NCBI GenBank assembly: GCA_900552105.1
Contig: URYH01000002.1
Coordinates: forward strand, 10,652-74,651
DNA: 64,000 nucleotides
Direction: 5' to 3'
From: an uncultured Eubacteriales bacterium
Lineage (GTDB): Bacteria > Bacillota > Clostridia > Christensenellales > UBA1242
Part shown: positions 53,331 to 62,558 of the stretch, one piece after another
How positions within the stretch are numbered: position 1 is the stretch's first letter
Layout of the letters: each line of letters starts with the position of its first letter
Position numbers and translations under genes: made by a program
The notes under the pieces: model-generated
The model's input: the letters and a program-made list of their open reading frames with translations, nothing else
Databases searched by the model: none
What the model was told of the DNA's origin: nothing

Positions 53331-54380
53331 CTACATATTTGGACTTATCTTATTTCGCAACTGACCACAAGCGCCGCCAATATCTTCACCCATTGTTCGT
53401 CTAACAGTCGCTGAAATGCCCATCTTTTCAAGTTTTTCCGCAAACCTATAAGCACCTTTTCGACCAGCAGATTTGAGAGTTTTGTTATCATTCTCGTTGA
53501 GCGGAATAATGTTGAAATGGAATGAAAAATTCTTAAATTTTTTGACAATTTCTTGAATACATTCATCGCCATCATTCTGCCCCGCAATCAGTGCATACTC
53601 AAAAATCACACGCCTTTTTGTCTTGTCAAAATAGTATTTTGCCGCGCCCAAAATTTCATCAATCGAATATGCATTTGCAATCGGCATAATTTCTTTTCGT
53701 TTTTCATCAAATGGATTATGGAGCGAAATTGTCAATGTTGCACTATTGCCTTCATCAGCAAATTGTTTAATTTTTGGAACGAGTCCACAGGTTGAAAGAG
53801 AAATATTTCTCTGACTTATATTAAGCCCATTTTCATCATTCACAAGCCTCAAAAACTTTGTGACATTGTCATAATTATCAAAAGGCTCTCCACTGCCCAT
53901 AAGCACAATGTTTGTGATTTTGCGCTTATCTCCAAGTTTTCCGCCAATATGACGATTAACTGTCACAACTTGCCCCAAGATTTCGCCAGCAGAAAGATTT
54001 CTAATCAACCCATCTCTTGTCGAACAGCAAAATTTACACCCCATTCGACAACCAACTTGTGTTGAAACGCAAAGTGTATAACCATACTTATATTTCATCA
54101 ACACACCTTCAATAAGCGCCCCATCTTGAAGTTTGTAGATAAATTTTTTTGTTTCATCTTTGCCTGTTAACTCTTTGAATATTTCGATTGGAACATCTTG
54201 ATATTTTTCTTTTAGTTTTGAAATCAATTCTTTTGGCAACGTCGTGATTTCCTCAAATTTTAGACCCTGATTTAGTGCAGAATAAAGTTGTTTTGCACGA
54301 AATTTTTTTTCTTCGCCCAAACCTCTGAGAATCACTGACATTTCATCAAAATCAAAATCCAGCAAAACTTCTTTTAACAA
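53331..54380 (-). CDS. rlmN: 23S rRNA (adenine2503-C2)-methyltransferase RlmN (radical SAM)
   Basis: CVSTQVGCRMGCKFCCST (CxxxCxxC), GSGEP, and the C-terminal GGACGQL. Confidence 0.93.
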   Translation of the reverse strand: MLKEVLLDFDFDEMSVILRGLGEEKKFRAKQLYSALNQGLKFEEITTLPKELISKLKEKYQDVPIEIFKELTGKDETKKFIYKLQDGALIEGVLMKYKYGYTLCVSTQVGCRMGCKFCCSTRDGLIRNLSAGEILGQVVTVNRHIGGKLGDKRKITNIVLMGSGEPFDNYDNVTKFLRLVNDENGLNISQRNISLSTCGLVPKIKQFADEGNSATLTISLHNPFDEKRKEIMPIANAYSIDEILGAAKYYFDKTKRRVIFEYALIAGQNDGDECIQEIVKKFKNFSFHFNIIPLNENDNKTLKSAGRKGAYRFAEKLEKMGISATVRRTMGEDIGGACGQLRNKISPNM

Positions 54381-55300
54381 ACTTTTGTCCCCACTTCAAT
54401 TTTCTTTCCATTGAGATAACTGCGCGCGAGCATTCTCTTTGAATTCGGTGCTTGAATTTCAACAATTTCAACTGCCCCACCTTCACACTTCACTACAAGT
54501 CCGGACTTGCTCGAAGAGGCAACAACCTCTCCATTTTCGCCCGAAAATTCGCCCACGGCAGGTTTTGCTTTGAACACTTTGAAAACCTGGTCACAAATTG
54601 AAAAATGCGCGACAGGCCAAGAATAAAATGCGCGAACAAGCTGGTCAATTTCTTTTGCGGTTCTATTGAAATCGATTTTCGCCATTTCTTTTTTTATCAT
54701 TGGAAAATATGAATAATCTTTGCCTTGAGGAACAAATTTAGCTTTGCCCTCCTCAATCAAATCAAGCGCATCAACAATCAATTTTGAGCCAAGGTGAGAA
54801 AGTTTTTCAAACATTGTCACATCTGTGTCATCGTCTGTTATTTCACACTTTTCTTGCAAAAGCATATCCCCGTCATCAATTCCGACATTTGTTTTCATGA
54901 TTGTGACTCCAGTCACTTTTTCGCCATTCTTGATTGCCCATTGTATTGGCGAAGAACCGCGATACTTCGGAAGGAGTGATGCATGGACATTGATAACGCC
55001 ATTTGGAGTTATTTCAAGCACTTCTTTTGAAAGAATTTGACCATAAGCCGCCGTCACCATAATGTCAGCGCCAAGCGACCCAAGCGTCTCCACGCCATCT
55101 TTTGATATCTTGCCAAATTGAAAGCAAGCAATGCCGTGCTCATCTGCAAAAACCTTTGTTGGCGGGTCAATCAACTTTCCGCCACGCCCAACAGGTTTTG
55201 AGGGTTGACAAACAACAGCCACGACCTCATGGTGCGACTCATATATCTTTTTTAACACATTTTGTGCGAAATCCGGAGTTCCTAAAAAAATTACTTTCAT
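54374..55300 (-). CDS. fmt: methionyl-tRNA formyltransferase
   Basis: MKVIFLGTPDFA and NVHASLLPKYRGSSPIQWAI. Confidence 0.95.
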   Translation of the reverse strand: MKVIFLGTPDFAQNVLKKIYESHHEVVAVVCQPSKPVGRGGKLIDPPTKVFADEHGIACFQFGKISKDGVETLGSLGADIMVTAAYGQILSKEVLEITPNGVINVHASLLPKYRGSSPIQWAIKNGEKVTGVTIMKTNVGIDDGDMLLQEKCEITDDDTDVTMFEKLSHLGSKLIVDALDLIEEGKAKFVPQGKDYSYFPMIKKEMAKIDFNRTAKEIDQLVRAFYSWPVAHFSICDQVFKVFKAKPAVGEFSGENGEVVASSSKSGLVVKCEGGAVEIVEIQAPNSKRMLARSYLNGKKIEVGTKVC

Positions 55301-55755
55301 TATTTCGCCTTTGTTTCTTTTAGCATTTTATCGACGAACAACACTCCGTCCAAGTGGTCAATTTCATGACACAGCACTCTTGCCAAAAACTTTTCTCCTG
55401 TTAGTGTGAAGTTATAGCCATATCTATCTTGAGCAACAACTGTCACTTCCATTGGACGTTTAACTCGTCCTGTCATCGTTCCGACGCTCAAGCATCCTTC
55501 TTCCTCTATGTCTTCTCCACGTTCTTTAACAATAACGGGATTAACCAGTTCAATAAACATGTTGTTTGCTTCAACAACGACAACTCTTTTTAGAATCCCG
55601 ACTTGAACCGCCGCGAGCCCTGCTCCGTTTTTGTGGTGCATTGTCTCTTTCATGTCGTCAAGAAGGTCCCAAAGATATTCATCGAACACACGAACAGGTT
55701 TGGATTTTTTTCGAAGGAGTTCGTCTCCCATCATAACAACTTTTCTATCTGCCAT
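55300..55755 (-). CDS. def: peptide deformylase
   Basis: GAGLAAVQVG, EGCLSV and HEIDHLDG. Confidence 0.95.
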   Translation of the reverse strand: MADRKVVMMGDELLRKKSKPVRVFDEYLWDLLDDMKETMHHKNGAGLAAVQVGILKRVVVVEANNMFIELVNPVIVKERGEDIEEEGCLSVGTMTGRVKRPMEVTVVAQDRYGYNFTLTGEKFLARVLCHEIDHLDGVLFVDKMLKETKAK

Positions 55756-55766
55756 ATGTCTTCCTT

Positions 55767-57968
55767 TTAATTCAAGTTTTGCGGATTGGTTTCCACAAAA
55801 ACATTAACTTTTTGCCTTTTGAATTTGTTTGCGATGTCAAAAATCTCTTTGGTCAATTCCTTTTGATGAGACGGCTTGAACCTCATGAGAATTTGATATC
55901 TATGCTTTTTCATGATTTTGTTGAGAGGTGCTTTCATGACGTCAAGATACAAGAACTCTTTGTCATACTTTCCTCTCACTTCCAATATGTCATGATAACA
56001 GTCTTTTGTCAAGCGTCTGACGAGTTCATCGTCTTCACTCACGAGAAGAACTCTCAAAATAACCGAGAAAGGCGGAAATCCGGTTGTCTCTCTGATGTTT
56101 ATCTCTTTGTCATAAAATGCCTTGTAGTTGTAGTTTGCGGCGAATTTATACACATAGTGGCGCGGACAATATGTTTGCAAAATAATCTTCCCTTCGTCCG
56201 CACTTCTTCCTGCTCGACCGCTCACTTGTGTGATTAGATCAAAAGTCTTTTCGGCACTTCTGAAATCGCTGTGATAAAGACTTTGGTCCGCATCAATAAT
56301 TCCAACAAGAGTGACATCTGGGAAATCGTGACCTTTTGCAATCATTTGCGTTCCGACAAGAATTGACGGCTTCACACTCGAAAATTCACTCAATATTTTC
56401 GCATAAGAATCTTTTGTGCTTGTTGTGTCGTTGTCCATGCGCAAAATTTTGACGTTTGGATAATATTTTTTTAGCTCGGCAACAATTCTTTCTGTTCCAA
56501 TCGCGCCTTGCTTTATGTAGCCGCTGCCGCACTCTGGGCAACGCGTAAGCGCTCGATATCTTTTGCCACAATAATGGCACTTGAGAGATTCGTCCTCTTT
56601 GTGATAAACAAGAGAAACATCACAGTCTGTGCATTTTGCAACATATCCGCATTCTTTGCACATCATAAAAGACGAATAACCCCGCCGATTGAGAAACAAC
56701 ATTGCCTGCTTCTTGTTTGAAATGCACTCATCAAGGGCAGCAATCAGTGACGAAGAAAACATCAAGTTTCCGCCGTCACGAACTTCGCTGAGCATGTCAA
56801 CAATTTGAATTTTTGGGAGTTCTTTTCCATTGACGCGAACGGGAAGTTCGAGCAGTTTGATTTCGCCAGACTTTGCACGGTTATAGGTTGTGAGTGCCGG
56901 AGTTGCACTGCCCAAAATCAACGGACAGTGATTATATTTTGCTCGAAATGCCGCAACAACTTCGGTGGTGTAGCGAGGGTTTGAGTCAGAAATATAACTC
57001 GAATCATGTTCTTCATCAATGATTATGACACCAAGGTTTTTTAGAGGCGCAAAAATTGCAGAGCGAGCACCAATGGCAATTTTGGCCTCACCCAAAAGCA
57101 ATCTTTTCCATTCATCATATCTTTCACCGGCAGAAAGGCCGCTATGCAAAATTGCAACATCTTGCCCAAATCGGCTTTTGAAAATCGAAAACACTTGTGG
57201 TGTGAGCGAAATTTCAGGAACAAGCATGATTGCGGTCTTCCCCGCCGTCAGCACACGCTGAATGAGAGCCATATACACTTCGGTTTTGCCAGACCCTGTG
57301 ACACCATGAACGAGGTATGTGTCGTGACGCGACAAATCAACCGATTTTATTGCATTTTCTTGTTCGGCAGTATATTTGATTTTTGTGTCACAAACTTCAA
57401 GAGCTTTTGGAGTTCTTTTTGTCTCAACTCCCAGAACTTCAACAATTCCCATCTCTTTTAGTTTTGTTAGTGCAGAGCGAGAAAATTTGTCCGCAAGCAC
57501 GCTTGAAAACTCGCCATCTTTTCCCCAAAGATAGTCAACGAGTTCAAGTTGAGATTTTGCATTTTTTTTGAGACCGCTTTTGATTTCGTCAACGTCTTTA
57601 TTTTTTGAGATAAAGCACCAATCTTTTATGATTGATTTTACCTTGCCGCCGCGCATTCCAGATGGAATAAACAACTTGAGGATATCGACCATTTTGAGAA
57701 AAAACTCGTCACGCATAAAGTCCATGAGTGAAAGCATTTCAGGTGTTATTGCAGTAAAAGAATCGAGTTTGCAAAATATTTCTTTAATTTTTTCTTGAGG
57801 GATGTCAGATTTATCTTTGAGAGCAACAACAAATCCCTCAATCAGCCTTCCACCAAAAGGCACTTTGACGCGGTCGCCCACATGCAAGTCCAACGACAAA
57901 GGAACAAGGTAGTCAAACACCTTGTCAACTTCACTATTTTGAATGTCAACAATAACACTAGCGAACAT
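55767..57968 (-). CDS. priA: primosomal protein N' (replication restart helicase PriA)
   Basis: The start at 57968 (MFASVIVDI) follows an AAGGAAA RBS. Motifs are GVTGSGKTEVY, IIDEEH and a Cys4 zinc-binding insert (CKECGYVAKCTDCD...CHYCG...CPECG). Confidence 0.95.
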   Translation of the reverse strand: MFASVIVDIQNSEVDKVFDYLVPLSLDLHVGDRVKVPFGGRLIEGFVVALKDKSDIPQEKIKEIFCKLDSFTAITPEMLSLMDFMRDEFFLKMVDILKLFIPSGMRGGKVKSIIKDWCFISKNKDVDEIKSGLKKNAKSQLELVDYLWGKDGEFSSVLADKFSRSALTKLKEMGIVEVLGVETKRTPKALEVCDTKIKYTAEQENAIKSVDLSRHDTYLVHGVTGSGKTEVYMALIQRVLTAGKTAIMLVPEISLTPQVFSIFKSRFGQDVAILHSGLSAGERYDEWKRLLLGEAKIAIGARSAIFAPLKNLGVIIIDEEHDSSYISDSNPRYTTEVVAAFRAKYNHCPLILGSATPALTTYNRAKSGEIKLLELPVRVNGKELPKIQIVDMLSEVRDGGNLMFSSSLIAALDECISNKKQAMLFLNRRGYSSFMMCKECGYVAKCTDCDVSLVYHKEDESLKCHYCGKRYRALTRCPECGSGYIKQGAIGTERIVAELKKYYPNVKILRMDNDTTSTKDSYAKILSEFSSVKPSILVGTQMIAKGHDFPDVTLVGIIDADQSLYHSDFRSAEKTFDLITQVSGRAGRSADEGKIILQTYCPRHYVYKFAANYNYKAFYDKEINIRETTGFPPFSVILRVLLVSEDDELVRRLTKDCYHDILEVRGKYDKEFLYLDVMKAPLNKIMKKHRYQILMRFKPSHQKELTKEIFDIANKFKRQKVNVFVETNPQNLN

Positions 57969-58009
57969 TTGTTTTCCTTTTATGCGATTTTTTGCGGATA
58001 TTAGTATGT

Positions 58010-58041
58010 TAAAAAAAAGGTTGCATATTTGCAACCCTTTT
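58010..58041 (-). terminator. intrinsic terminator after rpoZ
   Basis: The minus strand reads GGGTTGCAAATATGCAACC followed by T8. Confidence 0.65.
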
Positions 58042-58042
58042 G

Positions 58043-58249
58043 TTAATCAAGATTACTTGGAACAATATCTCCATTGACGACTTCTTCGCAAGCGATTGTG
58101 ATTGCCTTTTTGTCACTCACCTCAAGTTCAGCGGGAATTCTTTTTTCAAGTTCTTTTGCCCTTTTGGAAACCAAGCAGCAAAGTCTATATTTGTTGTTGC
58201 CTGTTTTTTTTGCCATAAGGTCAATTGGTGGTTGATTCATCATATACAT
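58043..58249 (-). CDS. rpoZ: DNA-directed RNA polymerase subunit omega
   Basis: 68 aa containing NKYRLCCLVSKRAKEL, the omega signature NxYxLvxxaakRA. Confidence 0.85.
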   Translation of the reverse strand: MYMMNQPPIDLMAKKTGNNKYRLCCLVSKRAKELEKRIPAELEVSDKKAITIACEEVVNGDIVPSNLD

Positions 58250-58322
58250 ATACCTCTTTCAAAATATTACACCGCATTATATCACACAAATTTTAATTTG
58301 TGAATAAAAATATGGCATTTTT

Positions 58323-60269
58323 TTATTTTTTTAACATATCCAAAAATTGTTGTTCAGAAATAACCTTAACACCCAGCGCTGTGGCTTTGTCGAGTTTGCT
58401 GCCAGCATTTTCTCCAGCAAGCACATAATCCGTGTTTTTGGAAACAGATGACAAGCACTCTCCGCCCTCGTTTTCAATCATTTTTTGCGCTTCTTGACGA
58501 GGCATTGAAAGCGTTCCCGTGAGGACAAACTTTTTGCCAGCAAATTTTCCGCCAGCTGAAAAATTTTCATACACAATGTTCACACCGCGTTCAAAAAGTT
58601 TGTCGATGTCGTCAACATTGTTTTTGTTTTGAAAAAAGTCAAATATACCTTGCGCCATGATGTCGCCAACATCTCGAATTGCCGAAAGCTCCTCAAAAGT
58701 CGCGTTTTTTAACGCATCATACGATTTGAAAGTTTTTGCCAAATCCTTGCTTGTTTTTGTTCCGACGTTTGGAATTGCAAGCGCATAGATAAAGTTCGCA
58801 AAAGGAACATTTTTGCTGTTTTCGATGGAAGAAATGATGTTTTCCGACTTTTTATCTTTGAAGCTGTCAAGCACAAACAAATCGTCTTTTTTGAGGTCGA
58901 AAATTTGATAATGTTTTTCAACTCCAAGTTCAGCATTCAGTTGCTCAATCGTCTTTATGCTCAGCCCCTCAATGTCAAACGCCTCTTTTGAACAAAAATG
59001 CGTGAGTTTGTTGATTATTTGTTTCCCGCAACCCTCTTTGTTTGGACAAAACAAATTCGCACCAATCTCAACAAGTTCGTGACCACACACCGGACAATGA
59101 GTTGGCTTTTCAATTTCAACCGAATTTGGGAGTTCTTGCGCAATGGATAGAATTTCAGGAATAACTTCATTGCTGCGCCTAATAAACACAGTTGAGCCAA
59201 TTTTGACTTTTTTGCGCTCAATGTCGCCCATGTTGTTGAGTGTTGCACGCGTGACAGTCGCCCCAGCAAGAGTGACTGGGTCCACAACCGCAATTGGCGT
59301 GAGCTTGCCAGTTCTTCCAACTTGCCAAATAACATCTTTGAGCATGCTTGTCACTTCAACTGGCGCAAACTTGTATGCAACAGCCCACTTTGGAAATTTT
59401 GCCGTCCAACCAATTGCCTCACGTGGTGCAACTTGGTCAAGTTTTAACACCATTCCATCAATCAGAATGTCAAGATTTGACTTGATTTTGTCAACTCGGT
59501 CAATCTCATTTTTTATTTCGTCAATGTCGTTAACCGTCTTATAGAAATCGCCCGTCTTAAAGCCGTTTTCAATCAAAAATTCGTGGATTTCTTGTTGCGT
59601 TGAGAACTCTTTGCCTTCAATAAAATTTATCGCATAAGCAAAGAAATCAAGCCGTCTTGCTGCTGTCACTTTTGGATCAAGGTTTCTGATTGCGCCAGCA
59701 ACAGCATTGCGAGCATTTTTCAAAGGTTCATTCGCGGTTTCATTATATTTTTTTAGATTCGAAAGAGTGATCATTCCTTCGCCCTGAACAATGAGTCGAC
59801 CACCAAATGGAATGGACAAAGGAACGCTTTGAATTGTTCGAACTTGCTCCGTGACATCTTCGCCAACTCTTCCGTTTCCACGAGTGCCCGCTTGGGTCAA
59901 AATTCCGTTTTCATAAACAATCACGATTGAAAGTCCGTCAAATTTATATTCAAGCGAAAACCTTGCGTCTGGCACTGACTTTTTCATGTCGCGGAGCCAT
60001 TTTTCAACCTCAGCAATGCTTTGACACTTATCCAGCGAAAACAAAGGATTTTTGTGATTATATTTTTTGAAACCCGAAAGCACTTGTCCACCAACGCGAA
60101 GTGATGGCGAATTTGGAAGAACAACGCCAGTTTCTTTTTCAAGTGCAATAAGCCTGTCATACATTTTGTCATAATCAGCATCTGCGATTGTTGGATTGTC
60201 GAGAACATAGTAGTTGTGGCAATGAATGTTGAGTTCATCAACCAATTTTTTCATTTCATCAAGATTCAT
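58323..60269 (-). CDS. ligA: NAD-dependent DNA ligase
   Basis: 648 aa with the adenylation motif EYKFDGLS, a zinc finger CPVCGHELV...CPN..C, HhH repeats, and a C-terminal BRCT domain (GKKFVLTGTL). Confidence 0.96.
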   Translation of the reverse strand: MNLDEMKKLVDELNIHCHNYYVLDNPTIADADYDKMYDRLIALEKETGVVLPNSPSLRVGGQVLSGFKKYNHKNPLFSLDKCQSIAEVEKWLRDMKKSVPDARFSLEYKFDGLSIVIVYENGILTQAGTRGNGRVGEDVTEQVRTIQSVPLSIPFGGRLIVQGEGMITLSNLKKYNETANEPLKNARNAVAGAIRNLDPKVTAARRLDFFAYAINFIEGKEFSTQQEIHEFLIENGFKTGDFYKTVNDIDEIKNEIDRVDKIKSNLDILIDGMVLKLDQVAPREAIGWTAKFPKWAVAYKFAPVEVTSMLKDVIWQVGRTGKLTPIAVVDPVTLAGATVTRATLNNMGDIERKKVKIGSTVFIRRSNEVIPEILSIAQELPNSVEIEKPTHCPVCGHELVEIGANLFCPNKEGCGKQIINKLTHFCSKEAFDIEGLSIKTIEQLNAELGVEKHYQIFDLKKDDLFVLDSFKDKKSENIISSIENSKNVPFANFIYALAIPNVGTKTSKDLAKTFKSYDALKNATFEELSAIRDVGDIMAQGIFDFFQNKNNVDDIDKLFERGVNIVYENFSAGGKFAGKKFVLTGTLSMPRQEAQKMIENEGGECLSSVSKNTDYVLAGENAGSKLDKATALGVKVISEQQFLDMLKK

Positions 60270-60277
60270 TTTTCACC

Positions 60278-62458
60278 TCACAAAATTGTTAGTGGAGCAA
60301 TATCCAGCATCAAAGTTTTTGTTCCATAATCTTCAAAATTAATATCAGCACATCTATCAACAAGGTCGATTGAAATAATCTTTCCATCGCCAAATCTTGT
60401 GTGTGTTACATTTTGTCCGACCCTATATATTGATAAATCTTTCTTTGGAGTTTCAAAACTATTATTTTCTTTTTGTCTGAAATTATTGAAATTTGAAACA
60501 TTAAATGATGAGAATTTTTGACGATGTTCGCTGGCAATAATCGGCGCAACCTTCTTTTCAAGTCCAAGCTCTGTGAGGAATCTTGAAGGGTTTGAAAAGT
60601 CGCGTTTTCCATAGAGATACCTGCACTTTGTTCGTGTGAGATATAATCTTTCCTCTGCCCTTGTTATTGCGACATACATGAGTCGCCTTTCTTCTTCCAT
60701 TTCGGAATTTGTTGAAATGTTGTTGCGAATGATTGGGAAGATTTTTTCTTCAAGTCCAACAACAAAAACGACCTTAAATTCAAGACCTTTCACAGCATGA
60801 ATTGTTGCGAGTTTGACGTGGTTGTCCGAGTTTTCCATGCCGTCAGCATCACTTTCGAGTGTGACATTTTCAACAAACTCACCGAGCGTCAAATCTGGTT
60901 GTTTGCTAACCGCCCCCTCAACCGCCGTCACAAACTGGTCGATGTTGATGAGTTTGTCGTTTTCTTGTTCAATGTCGGGATTATATGCCGAACGAATGTT
61001 GAAAGAATCAATCACGAGTTTCACAAACTGAACAACAGATGTTGTTGCGGTATTTTTAATTTTTTCATACTCTCCCCAAAAACCAGCAAATTTCTTTTGA
61101 AGAGGACCTTGTGTCTCCTGCTTTGATATGCTTTCGCATGCTTGCAAAAGTGTTTGATTGTGCATTGTGGCGTATGTACGAAGTTTGTCCAAAGCACCCT
61201 CGCCAATGCCTCGTTTTGGAAAATTTATTACACGCAAGAAACTCATCTCATCGCTTGGATTGAGAAATAATTTGAGATAGGACAAAATGTTTTTTATTTC
61301 TTGTCGCTCATAAAACTTGAACCCGCCAAATATCTTATGCGGAATGTTGCGAGCGAGAAAACTTTGTTCAAATGGCAATGTTAATGCATTGAGACGCATG
61401 AGAACTGCAAAATCCGAATAAGAATACCCAAACTTTGCAACAAGTTCTTGGATTTTGTTGGCAACAAACTCTGCTTCTTCCCCTTCATCATATCCCACAA
61501 AACTTTGGACGGAGTCGCCTTCGTTGTTTTCAGTGTATAGCGATTTTGGGTGACGCTCTTTGTTGTTTAGAATAATTTTGTTCGCAGAGTCCAAAATTTG
61601 TTTTGTTGAGCGGTAATTTCTTTCAAGTTTGAAGGTTTTGCAACCAGAAAAATAATTTTCGAACCCATATATATTTTCAAAGTTTGCACCACGCCAAGTG
61701 TAGATGCATTGATCTTCATCTCCAACAACAAACACGTTTTTGTGCACACTTGTGAGATGTTTGACAAGTTTCATTTGAACAGCATTTGTGTCTTGAAACT
61801 CATCAACCAAAACATAGCGAAAACGGTTTGCATATTTTTGTTTGACCTCTGGAAAAGTTGCAAAAAGTTCAAGTGTTTTTAGGAGCAAATCGTCAAAATC
61901 AAGTGCATTGCTTTCTTTCAAACTTTTTTGGTATTGATGATATATTTTGACAATCTCATCAACACAATCAAGGTATTTATTCTCATTTGCAAAATCATCA
62001 ATGTCCATATCTTGATTTTTGATTTTATCAATGTAGTATATCGCGTCTTTTTTGATGCTGTCATCATACTTGTTTTCGTCACAAATCTTTTTGATTAGTT
62101 TTTCGGTGTCAGTGTCAGAATATATCGAAAAATTGCCAGAAAAACCATCAAGATAATGGATGTTTTCTCGCAAAATTCTCACACACATTGAATGAAAGGT
62201 TGAAATCCAAACATCTTGTCCACCTTGACACAATGCCACAACCCGCTCTTTCATTTCGCGTGCTGCCTTGTTTGTGAAAGTGATTGCAAGAATTTCATAT
62301 GGTGACACGCCGAGATTTTCAATGAGATGTGCAATGCGATAGGTCAAAAGTTTGGTTTTTCCGCTTCCAGCACCCGCCGTCACCAAAACAGCACCCTCAG
62401 TTTCAATCAGGGCATCATATTGTTGTTTATTCAAATCGTGTAGGTCAAATTTACTCAT
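60278..62458 (-). CDS. pcrA: ATP-dependent DNA helicase PcrA/UvrD family
   Basis: AGAGSGKT, LVDEFQDTN, VGDEDQCIY, and HAVKGLEF in the C-terminal half. I chose the start at 62458 (MSKFDL), with alternates up to 62479. Confidence 0.93.
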   Translation of the reverse strand: MSKFDLHDLNKQQYDALIETEGAVLVTAGAGSGKTKLLTYRIAHLIENLGVSPYEILAITFTNKAAREMKERVVALCQGGQDVWISTFHSMCVRILRENIHYLDGFSGNFSIYSDTDTEKLIKKICDENKYDDSIKKDAIYYIDKIKNQDMDIDDFANENKYLDCVDEIVKIYHQYQKSLKESNALDFDDLLLKTLELFATFPEVKQKYANRFRYVLVDEFQDTNAVQMKLVKHLTSVHKNVFVVGDEDQCIYTWRGANFENIYGFENYFSGCKTFKLERNYRSTKQILDSANKIILNNKERHPKSLYTENNEGDSVQSFVGYDEGEEAEFVANKIQELVAKFGYSYSDFAVLMRLNALTLPFEQSFLARNIPHKIFGGFKFYERQEIKNILSYLKLFLNPSDEMSFLRVINFPKRGIGEGALDKLRTYATMHNQTLLQACESISKQETQGPLQKKFAGFWGEYEKIKNTATTSVVQFVKLVIDSFNIRSAYNPDIEQENDKLINIDQFVTAVEGAVSKQPDLTLGEFVENVTLESDADGMENSDNHVKLATIHAVKGLEFKVVFVVGLEEKIFPIIRNNISTNSEMEEERRLMYVAITRAEERLYLTRTKCRYLYGKRDFSNPSRFLTELGLEKKVAPIIASEHRQKFSSFNVSNFNNFRQKENNSFETPKKDLSIYRVGQNVTHTRFGDGKIISIDLVDRCADINFEDYGTKTLMLDIAPLTIL

Positions 62459-62464
62459 AAGTTT

Positions 62465-62492
62465 ATTATAACACATCAACCCAACTTTTCAA
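62465..62492 (-). promoter_or_regulatory. putative strong promoter directly abutting the pcrA start codon (possible leaderless mRNA)
   Basis: The minus strand reads TTGAAA (62487-62492) -16- TGtTATAAT, with the -10 hexamer at 62465-62470. Only 6 nt separate it from the ATG at 62458, and no SD sequence lies between. Confidence 0.4.
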
Positions 62493-62525
62493 ACTAATGA
62501 CGTAAAGTCGATAATGTTTTTCTGA

Positions 62526-62555
62526 CAAAAAGACCATGAAATTTTCATGGTCTTT
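62526..62555 (-). terminator. intrinsic terminator after thrS
   Basis: AGACCATGAAAATTTTCATGGTCT is a perfect palindrome, followed by a T-run on the minus strand. Confidence 0.75.
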
Positions 62556-62558
62556 TGT

